DNA of 32,000 nt, taken from the NCBI RefSeq assembly GCF_005885815.1, contig NZ_CP040602.1, forward strand, positions 45,630 to 77,629, in the 5' to 3' direction. This document shows, in pieces, positions 1-8,729 of this stretch (position 1 is the first letter of the stretch; each line of letters opens with the position of its first letter). A program made the translations under genes and the position numbers. This DNA is from Thiomicrorhabdus sediminis. GTDB taxonomy: Bacteria; Pseudomonadota; Gammaproteobacteria; Thiomicrospirales; Thiomicrospiraceae. A model generated the notes under the pieces. The model made no database searches. It worked only from the letters and a program-made list of their open reading frames with translations, and was not told the origin of the DNA.

Positions 1-2453
1 CCGAAAATGTTCTGCAGTTGATTGTTTTCTGGGAATTGACTTCAATCACTTCTTTTCTACTGATCAGTTATTGGCAACACCGCAAAGACGCGCGCGAAGG
101 CGCCAGAATGGCTTTGGCAATCACTGGTGCCGGTGGTTTGGCACTTCTTGGTGGGGTGTTGTTACTGGGTCACATCGTCGGTAGCTATCAGCTAAGCGAT
201 ATTTTATCTCAAGGCGAATTGATTCGTAATCATGCTCTTTATGAAATCACTTTGATTTTGATTCTTTTGGGGGTATTCACCAAGTCGGCGCAATTCCCGT
301 TCCATTTCTGGCTACCGCATGCGATGGCGGCTCCGACTCCAGTATCGGCTTATTTACACTCGGCCACCATGGTCAAAGCGGGTATTTTCCTTTTGGCCAG
401 GTTTTTTCCGGTCTTGTCAGGTACGGATATCTGGATATGGTTAGTCGGCGGTGCCGGGATGATCACTTTGTTGATAGGCGCTTATACCGCACTGTTCAAA
501 CATGACTTGAAAGGGTTGTTGGCCTATTCAACCATCAGTCATTTGGGATTGATTACCCTGTTGTTTGGTTTTAGTACTCAATTGGCGGCCGTCGCAGCCA
601 TTTTCCATATTATCAATCATGCCACTTTTAAAGCTTCGTTGTTTATGGTGGCCGGCATTATCGATCACGAAACCGGCACACGAGATATGCGAAAAATCAA
701 CGGCCTGATTAAATATATGCCTCATACCGCCGCACTGGCGATTATTGCTTCTCTTGCGATGGCTGGCGTGCCTTTGTTGAATGGTTTCCTAAGTAAAGAG
801 ATGTTCTTTGCAGAAGCGGTGAGCGCATCCACGGAATCGATTTACACTTGGGCAATTCCGGTATTGGTGACGATTGGTGGAATTTTTTCAGTCGCCTATT
901 CTTTGCGATTTATTCATGATGTGTTTTTCAATGGCGAGCCGGTCGATTTACCCAAACAGCCTCATGAGCCACCACGTTTTATGAAGATACCGGTGGATCT
1001 GTTGGTGATAGTCTGTTTAGCAGTAGGAATCTTGCCGATGTTCACCGTAGCGCCGATTCTGGATATCGCCGTGATAGGAGCTTTGCAGAGCGCTCCGCCA
1101 GAATACAGTCTGGCTATTTGGCATGGCTTTAATTTACCGTTGATGATGAGTGCTATCGCTCTGGCGGTAGGAGCTTGGATTTACTTCAAACGTGATGTCT
1201 TGATTGCGAGTTATGAACGTCATGAACACATCAACGCCAAGGCTTATTTTATGAGAGCCTTGGAGTATCTATTGGCATTCAGTGTCAAAGTGACCAGATC
1301 CTTTGATAAAGGTTCTCTTCAGAATGCCGCGGCATGGATCATTTTCGCTTCGATAGTCATCACAGCTTATGGTTTCTTCGCTTTCGACAGCGCCGTGTTG
1401 GGACAACGTCAACTGATGCCTGTCGATATGGTCAGCGTTATCATCGTTTCATTGCTGGTAATCGCCAGTGTGGTAACCGCTATTTGGCATAGAAAACGTA
1501 TGGTCAGTCTGGTGGTTATTGGTGTTATCGGTTTAGTGATTGCGCTGATTTTCATTAAGTTTTCGGCACCGGATTTGGCCTTGACACAAATTTCGGTGGA
1601 AATTGTCACCATTATTCTATTGTTGCTGGCTTTGTACTTTTTACCGCAAAGTACACCGAAAGAAGTTGGTAAGACAAGACTTGCCAGGGATTTGCTTCTG
1701 GCTCTGGTTTCCGGGATTGGGGTGACATTATTCACCATGATGGTATTGAGTCGTGAGTTTGATCCTATCTCTTATTATTTCCTCAATAATAGTGTCCCTG
1801 GCGGTGGCGGAACCAATGTGGTCAATGTGATTCTGGTCGATTTCCGTGGTTTTGATACTTTGGGTGAAATCGTCGTATTGGCTTTGGCCGGTTTAGGGAT
1901 CTATGCGATGTTGCAAGGATTGGCGTTGCCGGCTCCGAGCAATGATATCAAGGGACGAATCTGGAATAAGGATGCCCATCCGCTGATTCTGCAGACTTTC
2001 ACGCGTTTGATGATGCCATTGATGATTTTGGTGGCTGTCTATATTTTCTTACGTGGCCACAACTTGCCAGGCGGTGGTTTTATTGCCGGCTTGATCGCCT
2101 CCGTCGCATTGATCGTGATGTATTTATCGAACGGTATCGAATGGACACAGAAACGTTTGACTACCGATATGCATTTGGTGATCGGATTGGGGTTATTAAT
2201 CGCGACCGCTACCGGTTTGGTTGCGATGACTTTGGGTTACCCATTCCTAACATCCGCATTCAGTCATATCCATTGGCCGATAGTTGGTGAGTTTGAGATC
2301 GCCAGTGCGATCGCTTTCGATTTAGGGGTGTTTTTGGTCGTAGTGGGTGCGACTGTTATGAGCTTGGTTCAATTAGGCAAGTTAAGTACCTTGTCACATA
2401 AAAACCAGAGTGTTGTTGAATCCCAATTAAAAGAAACTAAAGGGAGTCACTAA
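1..2453 (+). CDS. mrpA: Mrp-type monovalent cation/H+ antiporter, fused MrpA-MrpB subunit (5' end lies upstream of the window)
   Basis: The frame is open from the window edge (first full codon at 3: ENVLQLIVFWELTSITSFLLI, typical NuoL/MrpA helix). It is a long polytopic protein with NuoL-like motifs (FPFHFWLPHAMAAPTPVSAYLHSATMVKAG). The C-terminal third is MrpB-like. It is followed by mrpC-G. Confidence 0.9.
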   Translation, partial: ENVLQLIVFWELTSITSFLLISYWQHRKDAREGARMALAITGAGGLALLGGVLLLGHIVGSYQLSDILSQGELIRNHALYEITLILILLGVFTKSAQFPFHFWLPHAMAAPTPVSAYLHSATMVKAGIFLLARFFPVLSGTDIWIWLVGGAGMITLLIGAYTALFKHDLKGLLAYSTISHLGLITLLFGFSTQLAAVAAIFHIINHATFKASLFMVAGIIDHETGTRDMRKINGLIKYMPHTAALAIIASLAMAGVPLLNGFLSKEMFFAEAVSASTESIYTWAIPVLVTIGGIFSVAYSLRFIHDVFFNGEPVDLPKQPHEPPRFMKIPVDLLVIVCLAVGILPMFTVAPILDIAVIGALQSAPPEYSLAIWHGFNLPLMMSAIALAVGAWIYFKRDVLIASYERHEHINAKAYFMRALEYLLAFSVKVTRSFDKGSLQNAAAWIIFASIVITAYGFFAFDSAVLGQRQLMPVDMVSVIIVSLLVIASVVTAIWHRKRMVSLVVIGVIGLVIALIFIKFSAPDLALTQISVEIVTIILLLLALYFLPQSTPKEVGKTRLARDLLLALVSGIGVTLFTMMVLSREFDPISYYFLNNSVPGGGGTNVVNVILVDFRGFDTLGEIVVLALAGLGIYAMLQGLALPAPSNDIKGRIWNKDAHPLILQTFTRLMMPLMILVAVYIFLRGHNLPGGGFIAGLIASVALIVMYLSNGIEWTQKRLTTDMHLVIGLGLLIATATGLVAMTLGYPFLTSAFSHIHWPIVGEFEIASAIAFDLGVFLVVVGATVMSLVQLGKLSTLSHKNQSVVESQLKETKGSH

Positions 2454-2852
2454 ATGGAATGGTTGATTTCAATTGCCATTGGCATAATGACGGCAGCCGG
2501 TGTAATTTTGACATTAAGAGCCAGAACTTTTCCTGTGGTATTAGGTCTGACGTTGTTGGCTTATGCGGTTAATGTGTTTTTATTTACTATGGGACGCCTA
2601 AATAGTGGTATTCCTGCTGTTATCAATGATGTGCAGACACAGTACACCGATCCCTTACCGCAAGCTTTGGTATTGACCGCGATTGTTATTGCGTTCGGTA
2701 TGACGGCGTTTTTGATAGTACTGGCGCTTAAAGCGCGTTCTGAGTTAGGTAATGACCATGTTGATGGCATTCATCTGGCGAAAGATGAAGAGTCACTTAA
2801 AGAGACCGTTCCACCTAGACAAGCTTCTCAATCAGCGGGAGGTAAGTTTTAA
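2454..2852 (+). CDS. mrpC: Mrp antiporter subunit C (NuoK-like)
   Basis: 132 aa with three TM helices. The start abuts the mrpA stop (TAAATG). Its position in the operon is canonical. Confidence 0.85.
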   Translation: MEWLISIAIGIMTAAGVILTLRARTFPVVLGLTLLAYAVNVFLFTMGRLNSGIPAVINDVQTQYTDPLPQALVLTAIVIAFGMTAFLIVLALKARSELGNDHVDGIHLAKDEESLKETVPPRQASQSAGGKF

Positions 2853-4420
2853 TGTTATTGGAGACGTTCCTACCGGTTCTGTGGCCTCTTTTGAGTGCTA
2901 TTGTTGTATTGCTTGCCAAAAGTGCCGGTTTTAAATGGCAAAGAGCCATCAGTTTTCTGGCGGTTTTTGTTTTAGTGGTAATCAACGCCAATTCGTTAAT
3001 GGTGGCTTTTGATTTGCCTCCACAGGTATACGCATTAGGTAACTGGGTGGCGCCTTTCGGCATCGTCATGGTTTTGGACCAGTTATCGGCGACCATGGTT
3101 TTGTTGACCTCTTTATTGGCCTTAGCCGCTATGTGGTTTGCGGTCAGACAACAGGTGGATCAACAGGGCTCTCATTTTCATGTGTTGTTCCAGATCCAGT
3201 TATTCGGTTTAAATGGCGCTTTTATGACCGGCGATGTATTCAACCTGTTTGTATTTTTCGAGGTTTTATTACTAGCTTCTTATGGTCTATTGCTTCACGG
3301 TGGTGGTCGATTGAAAACCCGCGCCGGTCTGCATTACGTTGCATTGAATTTGGTGGGTTCAACCCTGTTCTTGTTTGCCGTTGGTGCCTTATACGGTATT
3401 TTAGGTACACTCAACTTGGCGGATATGGCTGTTAAGGTGGCGAACCTATCGGCTGATGATCAAGGTGTGGTGGCTGCGGCTGGTCTGATGCTGTTATTGG
3501 TTTTCGGTATTAAAGCGGCGATGTTCCCTTTGTATCTATGGTTACCTCAGGCTTATGCCAATACCTCCGCTCCAGTCGCCGCCCTATTTGCGATTATGAC
3601 CAAGGTGGGGATCTATGCCATTATCCGTATTCACGGGACGCTTTTTGGCGATCAAGCTGGCGATTTATCCGCTATTCATATTCCATGGGTTTTATGGTTG
3701 GGGATTATCACTCTTGTTTTAGCTGCGCTAGGTGCTTTGGCATCGAGAAACTTGCGTGAACAGGTGGCTTATGTGGTGTTGGCTTCGATATCGACTTTAT
3801 TGATTGGTGTTGGAATTCACAGTCAAGAAGCTATGGCCGCGACTTTGTTCTATCTGATTCACTCTACCTTGATAGCTGGTGCCATGTTTTTGATTGCCGA
3901 TCTCATCCGTCAGGGACGTGGTGAGGCAGAAGACAATTTCATCAAGGCGCATGCCATGCCGAATGCCGTGCTGATGGGTGGTATTTTTATGGTCGCTGCG
4001 ATTGCTATGGCCGGTTTACCGCCGTTATCCGGATTTATGGGTAAATTACTGGTACTTTCAGCGGCTTTGGATCATGCTGATTTTTTCTGGATTTTGGCGG
4101 CTGTTCTGGTTTCCAGTTTATTGTTGATTATCGCCCTTGCCAGAGCCGGATCTTTGCTATTTTATAACGTATTGCCGAAAGAGCAGTGTCACACTGTGGA
4201 CGGTAAGCCGGTTTGTGAAGCGCCTAAATCACTCAATATAAAAGGGGTTTCTTCAATTATAGGGCTATTATCAGTAGCGATTATTCTGGTGATTTGGGCA
4301 AATCATTTCCATCAATTGACAAGATCAATTGCCACCCAGGTGTTCGATCAAAATTTGTATCAGCAGCAGGTGTTACAGGTTGAAACAATCGCTAATCCCC
4401 ACAAGGAGTTAGTGCAATGA
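2852..4420 (+). CDS. mrpD: Mrp antiporter subunit D (NuoM/N-like proton-pumping subunit)
   Basis: 522 aa polytopic protein with NuoN/M-like motifs (KAAMFPLYLWLPQAYANTSAPVAALFAIMTKVG). It overlaps the mrpC stop by 1 nt (TAATG). Confidence 0.9.
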   Translation: MLLETFLPVLWPLLSAIVVLLAKSAGFKWQRAISFLAVFVLVVINANSLMVAFDLPPQVYALGNWVAPFGIVMVLDQLSATMVLLTSLLALAAMWFAVRQQVDQQGSHFHVLFQIQLFGLNGAFMTGDVFNLFVFFEVLLLASYGLLLHGGGRLKTRAGLHYVALNLVGSTLFLFAVGALYGILGTLNLADMAVKVANLSADDQGVVAAAGLMLLLVFGIKAAMFPLYLWLPQAYANTSAPVAALFAIMTKVGIYAIIRIHGTLFGDQAGDLSAIHIPWVLWLGIITLVLAALGALASRNLREQVAYVVLASISTLLIGVGIHSQEAMAATLFYLIHSTLIAGAMFLIADLIRQGRGEAEDNFIKAHAMPNAVLMGGIFMVAAIAMAGLPPLSGFMGKLLVLSAALDHADFFWILAAVLVSSLLLIIALARAGSLLFYNVLPKEQCHTVDGKPVCEAPKSLNIKGVSSIIGLLSVAIILVIWANHFHQLTRSIATQVFDQNLYQQQVLQVETIANPHKELVQ

Positions 4421-4908
4421 ATCGTTTTTTACCTCATCCAATTTTGAGTTTGGTTCTATGGCTTGTTTGGTTATTACTTAATAATACGCTCGCTGCAGGC
4501 CACATGATTCTTGGTGCTGTTCTGGCAATCGTCATTCCGTTATTGACTTCGAAATTCTGGCCGGAATCGGTGTGTATTCGATATCCAGCGACATTATTTA
4601 AGTTTGTCGTGATCGTGCTTTGGGATATTTTGATTGCCAATGTCATCGTCGCTAAACTGATTTTAGGCAATAAACATAATTTGGAACCTAAGTTTTTGCA
4701 TATCCCATTGGATTTAGAGAATCCTCTGGCAATCGGTATTTTGGCCAATACCATTTCATTGACGCCTGGTACTGTTTCATGTGATTTGAGTGAAGATAAG
4801 AAGATATTGTTGGTGCATGGCTTGCATGAATCCGACCCTGAATCAACCATCAATGAGATCAAACAGCGTTATGAAAAGCCCCTAAAAAAGGTATTTGAAA
4901 CATGTTAG
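4417..4908 (+). CDS. mrpE: Mrp antiporter subunit E
   Basis: 163 aa with an N-terminal TM pair. There is a 4-nt ATGA overlap with mrpD. Operon position and size fit MnhE/PhaE. Confidence 0.8.
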   Translation: MNRFLPHPILSLVLWLVWLLLNNTLAAGHMILGAVLAIVIPLLTSKFWPESVCIRYPATLFKFVVIVLWDILIANVIVAKLILGNKHNLEPKFLHIPLDLENPLAIGILANTISLTPGTVSCDLSEDKKILLVHGLHESDPESTINEIKQRYEKPLKKVFETC

Positions 4909-5171
4909 AGTTGAGTTTGCAGATTGCGTTTCTATTGATTTCAATAGCTTTGATTTTGAGTTTTTATCGTCTTATAAAAGGGCCGAGTTTACCGGATAGA
5001 ATTCTCGCCCTGGATACACTTTATATCAATAGCATCGCCATTTTGGTGTTATCAGGTCTTTATCTGAACAGTAATTTGTATTTTGAGGCGGCATTACTGA
5101 TTGCGGTGATGGGGTTTGTCGGTACCGTTGCCTTGAGCAAGTACCTGCTTCGTGGCGATATTATGGAATAA
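4902..5171 (+). CDS. mrpF: Mrp antiporter subunit F
   Basis: 89 aa with the MnhF-like motif YRLIKGPSLPDRILALDTL. It overlaps mrpE by 7 nt. Confidence 0.8.
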   Translation: MLELSLQIAFLLISIALILSFYRLIKGPSLPDRILALDTLYINSIAILVLSGLYLNSNLYFEAALLIAVMGFVGTVALSKYLLRGDIME

Positions 5172-5180
5172 GGGCAGAAA

Positions 5181-5516
5181 ATGACTGAAATGACAGAAAT
5201 CCTATTGGGTTTATTGATTATTATTGGTGCGATATTCACTTTAGTGGGTTCTATAGGCCTTTATAAACTGCCTGATTTTTATATGCGCTTGCATGGTCCT
5301 ACCAAGGCGAGTACGTTAGGTGTAGGGGCTATTTTGATCGCTTCAGCGATATATTTCAGTCTCAAGCAGGACTCGATCAGTCTGCATGAGATATTAGTGA
5401 CAGTTTTTCTTTTTATCACGGCACCTATCGGCGCTCATTTGATGGCGAAAGCGGCAATCCATATTCAAGTCAGGCAAAGCCAAAAAACCAAAAATATTCA
5501 ATCAGACAATCAATAA
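5181..5516 (+). CDS. mrpG: Mrp antiporter subunit G
   Basis: 111 aa with the MnhG-like motif GSIGLYKLPDFYMRLHGPTKASTLGVG. It is the last gene of the operon. Confidence 0.85.
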   Translation: MTEMTEILLGLLIIIGAIFTLVGSIGLYKLPDFYMRLHGPTKASTLGVGAILIASAIYFSLKQDSISLHEILVTVFLFITAPIGAHLMAKAAIHIQVRQSQKTKNIQSDNQ

Positions 5517-5534
5517 TTGCCTATTTTCTCAATC

Positions 5535-5562
5535 AAAACCGGTGTATTCTCCGGTTTTTTTG
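5535..5562 (+). terminator. Rho-independent terminator of the mrp operon
   Basis: AAAACCGG-tgtattct-CCGGTTTTTTT hairpin plus T-run, 19 nt after the mrpG stop. Confidence 0.6.
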
Positions 5563-5638
5563 TATCTTGAAAAAATCCAGAACTTGGATAACTAGCGATA
5601 ATTTACATAAATCTTATCAATGCACACCATAAAACAAT

Positions 5639-6796
5639 ATGGGAAGAGTCAATAGTTTTATTGATACCATAACCCTAACAAAATTTATGATATGGATTGG
5701 AACCCAAGACCTTATGATTTTATCGACTGATATATTATATCTCGTTGTTTTAGGTGGCCTTTTGGGTGCTACTTTGAACTATTTTCAATTTGGTTTTAGC
5801 TCAAGTTTTCGTGCTTTGATTGTTGATAGAGACACTTTAGGGGCTCGTGCCTTGATTTGGATGTTAGCGATCGCCATTTTGTTATTTACACCAATGTTGG
5901 TGATAGGAGAATTGGATGAAGGTGATTATAACGGTTTTATTAGGCCGCTAACCTTAGCGATTCCTATAGGCGCCTTTATTTTTGGCATAGGTATGCAGAT
6001 AGGTTGCGGCTGTACTTCCGGTACTTTGAATCGGGTAGGGCAACTTCAACCTTTATCTTTTCTGACGCTGTTTTTTATGATTATAGGCGGAACTTTCGCT
6101 GCCTATACCTACAACAGCTGGCAATGGCTGCCTGCTGTTGCACCGGTTGCTTTTCAGCAGCAATTGGGTTGGCCAATAGGATTATTGGCACAACTGGCAA
6201 TATTGTTGTTGTTATACAAGTTTCTGTTGCGTTTTGAATATAAAAAACACCGTTATATCAACCCTCTGACAGAAAAGAAGTGGTCGTTTAAATTCGCACA
6301 TCCTTTCTTGAAAGCGGGTGTCTTATTGGCAATATTCAATGCGTTGTTATTTGCTTTTTCCGGCCAACCCTGGTCGATCAGTTTTGTCTTTCCTCTATGG
6401 GGTAAAGAGTTAGCGCAATGGGTCAGCTTACCTGTAGACTTTTTCTTTTGGGATTTTATACAGCAAAATCGAAATAGTTTTGAGCAAGGGGTCTTAAACA
6501 GTGTCAGTTTGACGACCTTTGGCGTTATTCTAGGAGCACTGGTAGTGACCCTTTTAGATAAACGCAAGAAGGTTCCATTTACCGCTTTGGGAGCAGCTAT
6601 GAGCATTATCGGTGGTTTGATTATGGGTTTTGGTGCGGTAATGGCATCCGGCTGTAATATAGGTGCCTTGTTCAGCGGTGTCGCTTCAGGAAGTTTACAC
6701 GGTTGGGTTTGGTTGGTGTTCGCTTTACTGGGGAATATTTTAGGAGTGATGATCAGAGCGCGTTTTATGCTATTGGCTAAGCCAGTCAAGGCTTAA
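5639..6796 (+). CDS. YeeE/YedE family inner-membrane sulfur-compound (thiosulfate-type) transporter
   Basis: Polytopic protein with the two family Cys motifs GCGCTSGTL and ASGCNIGALFSG in the two halves. The true start is uncertain: alternative ATGs lie at 5687 and 5714, and no clear SD precedes any of the three. Confidence 0.8.
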   Translation: MGRVNSFIDTITLTKFMIWIGTQDLMILSTDILYLVVLGGLLGATLNYFQFGFSSSFRALIVDRDTLGARALIWMLAIAILLFTPMLVIGELDEGDYNGFIRPLTLAIPIGAFIFGIGMQIGCGCTSGTLNRVGQLQPLSFLTLFFMIIGGTFAAYTYNSWQWLPAVAPVAFQQQLGWPIGLLAQLAILLLLYKFLLRFEYKKHRYINPLTEKKWSFKFAHPFLKAGVLLAIFNALLFAFSGQPWSISFVFPLWGKELAQWVSLPVDFFFWDFIQQNRNSFEQGVLNSVSLTTFGVILGALVVTLLDKRKKVPFTALGAAMSIIGGLIMGFGAVMASGCNIGALFSGVASGSLHGWVWLVFALLGNILGVMIRARFMLLAKPVKA

Positions 6797-6808
6797 CCAA
6801 AGATAAAC

Positions 6809-7351
6809 TTAAGAGTGTTGTTCACGCTTTAGTTTCGCCAGATAGGCAGCGCGTTTTTCCGGAGGCATGGCAGCCAGCATTTTCTGTAGTTTGGCTTTCT
6901 GTTCTTCGGCGAACTGACGGTTGGCATCGCTAGGCGCTTTCATTTTGACGCCGCGTTTTTCCAAGCTTTTACGTTCCGCGATCTTGTCGATTTTCTCTTT
7001 TAGAATCGCAGCGGTAAAAGGTTTTACAATATAACCGTCGACACCGGCCTGAGCGGCTTCCAGAATCTGGCTACGTTTCTGCTCGGCAGTAATCAGCATA
7101 AATGGCATGTCTTTCAAGTTTTCATCGGCACGAACACGTTTTAAAAGCTCGATGCCGGTCATTTCCGGCATGTTCCAGTCACTGACTACAAAGTCATATT
7201 TACCAGACTGAATCATTGGCCATGCTTTTGAACCATCATTTGCATCATCGATATTTGTAAAACCCAACTCTTTTAACAGGTTCGTTACAATTCTGATCAT
7301 TGTAGAAAAGTCATCTACAACTAATATATTTATGTCTTTATCAATTGCCAT
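6809..7351 (-). CDS. CheY-like single-domain response regulator with a ~55-aa charged C-terminal extension
   Basis: All receiver signature residues are present: VVDDFSTM (acidic pair), FVVSDWNMPEMTG (phospho-Asp), LITAE (Thr) and YIVKPFT (Lys). The tail is ERKSLEKRGVKMKAP...AYLAKLKREQHS. Confidence 0.85.
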   Translation of the reverse strand: MAIDKDINILVVDDFSTMIRIVTNLLKELGFTNIDDANDGSKAWPMIQSGKYDFVVSDWNMPEMTGIELLKRVRADENLKDMPFMLITAEQKRSQILEAAQAGVDGYIVKPFTAAILKEKIDKIAERKSLEKRGVKMKAPSDANRQFAEEQKAKLQKMLAAMPPEKRAAYLAKLKREQHS

Positions 7352-7720
7352 GGTATTCAGCTTCTCGTTAGTGTAGCGATATTATAAATTGCATCTTCTC
7401 TATAGCAATAGAAAACTTAGCTAGATTTGTTCCAACTTTTTGACTTTGCAAATATTTTTTACCGTCGATCAAATATTTAGCGTGTTTTTCAGCCAATAAA
7501 AAAATTACCAATCGGTAAACCGTATAAAAAAAGAGCGAATAATTTACTAAATTAGTTCAAAAAAAACAATGGTTTAAATACTAATTTAATAGGATTTTTG
7601 AGGGTTGATTTGTATTTACTCAAGTTTGATAGAAAAATTTATCGATTTTTTTGTCTGTGATTGGCTGTAACGACCGCAATGGGTATTTATTAAGGATGAA
7701 AAGACAAATTTTAGGAGTTT

Positions 7721-7750
7721 TTGACAAATTTTTGCCGTTTAACCTATATT
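7721..7750 (+). promoter_or_regulatory. Sigma70-type promoter candidate for the small ORF at 7835
   Basis: TTGACA (7721-7726), 18-nt spacer, TATATT (7745-7750), about 85 nt upstream of the ATG. Confidence 0.35.
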
Positions 7751-7834
7751 GGCATCTAAACAAGCGCTTAATATTAGGTTTCTTTTTAGGAATTTTATAT
7801 ACTGTTATCAGATTAATTTTGTTAATGGATTTTT

Positions 7835-8092
7835 ATGACTTTTATCGAGTTTAAAAAACATTTGTTAGACGCTGAAATTTCATTGCCCAAGTTCAGTAAG
7901 TTGATTAAAGTCAGTGAAAAGAATCTACAGTCTTACAAGAAAAAAGATGAAGTGCCTAATCCGATAGCGGTAATCGTGGTCTGTTTTGTGGAAATGAAAA
8001 AGGCCGGATTAGACTATAAGGAAATCGTCGAAAACCTGAATCTCAAGGCAAAAACCAAAAACGGCGGTTTTGCCAAAAAGAAAAAAGATTAA
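7835..8092 (+). CDS. Small hypothetical protein, XRE-like helix-turn-helix with a lysine-rich tail
   Basis: 85-aa ORF. The segment ISLPKFSKLIKVSEKNLQSYKKK fits an HTH pattern, and the tail KAKTKNGGFAKKKKD is basic. A 60-nt sample is 33% GC. There is a promoter-like element upstream. I recognise no family. Confidence 0.4.
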   Translation: MTFIEFKKHLLDAEISLPKFSKLIKVSEKNLQSYKKKDEVPNPIAVIVVCFVEMKKAGLDYKEIVENLNLKAKTKNGGFAKKKKD

Positions 8093-8100
8093 GTTGTCCG

Positions 8101-8565
8101 CTAATCTAATGGAATAGCGGTTTTATCAATTACTTTTCTTAATACAAAACTGGTCAAAACACCGGTCACGCCTGGAATGCGGGTGATATGGTTCAATAAC
8201 AGATCCTGATAAGCATCCAAATCCTTAACCAATACCTTTAATTGATAATCGGCAGTTTGTCCGGTGATCAACAAACATTCCAAAATATTAGGTATTTTGC
8301 TGATGGTTTCTTCGAATTCAGCAAAGCGTTCTTGCGTGTGTCTGTCCATGGCGATATTGATGATTGCCATCAAATCCAAACCAAGATTCTTGGCATCCAA
8401 CAAACAGCGATATCCGGTAATCATGCCGCTTTCTTCCAGAGCTTTGAAGCGTCTCAAACAGGCCGATGGTGACAAGCCGATTTTATCGGCGATCTCTTGA
8501 TTGCTTAAACGGCCGTTGTTCTGCAAGGTATTTAAAATCGCTTTATCGTAGTTATCCAGCTGCAT
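8101..8565 (-). CDS. lrp: Lrp/AsnC family transcriptional regulator
   Basis: 154 aa with an N-terminal HTH (LDNYDKAILNTLQNNGRLSNQEIADKIGLSPSACLRRFKALEESG) and a C-terminal RAM/AsnC_trans_reg domain. It is divergent from leuA. Confidence 0.9.
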   Translation of the reverse strand: MQLDNYDKAILNTLQNNGRLSNQEIADKIGLSPSACLRRFKALEESGMITGYRCLLDAKNLGLDLMAIINIAMDRHTQERFAEFEETISKIPNILECLLITGQTADYQLKVLVKDLDAYQDLLLNHITRIPGVTGVLTSFVLRKVIDKTAIPLD

Positions 8566-8729
8566 GATTTCACCAATTTCATTTTTTAATAAATAAAGTT
8601 GTTTCTTATTTTAATAAATTAAAATTTAATTGCTATTTATTTTTTAATATATCAAGACTTTGCAAGAAAATTAGGGTATCTAACGAATAAAATATAAATC
8701 ACAAAGTTCTAATATGGAAGTAGTAAATT

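Noticed and set aside
6253-6789. 178-aa antisense ORF inside the YeeE gene. Similar long antisense or alternate-frame ORFs occur at 1409-1738, 4434-4862, 25268-25702, 29095-29538, 29936-30274 and 30655-30954.
   Set aside because: All lie fully within well-supported genes on the opposite strand or in another frame. Their composition is low-complexity or biased, typical of shadow ORFs. I recognise no motifs and see no SD or promoter context.
7651-7854. 67-aa ORF (TTG start, internal ATG at 7696) with one hydrophobic segment, overlapping the start of the small HTH ORF. It could be a small membrane toxin-like peptide.
   Set aside because: It has a non-ATG start. The internal ATG has AAGG abutting it with no spacer. 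The best promoter-like element (7721-7750) lies inside the ORF. The region is extremely AT-rich, so open frames this short are not informative.
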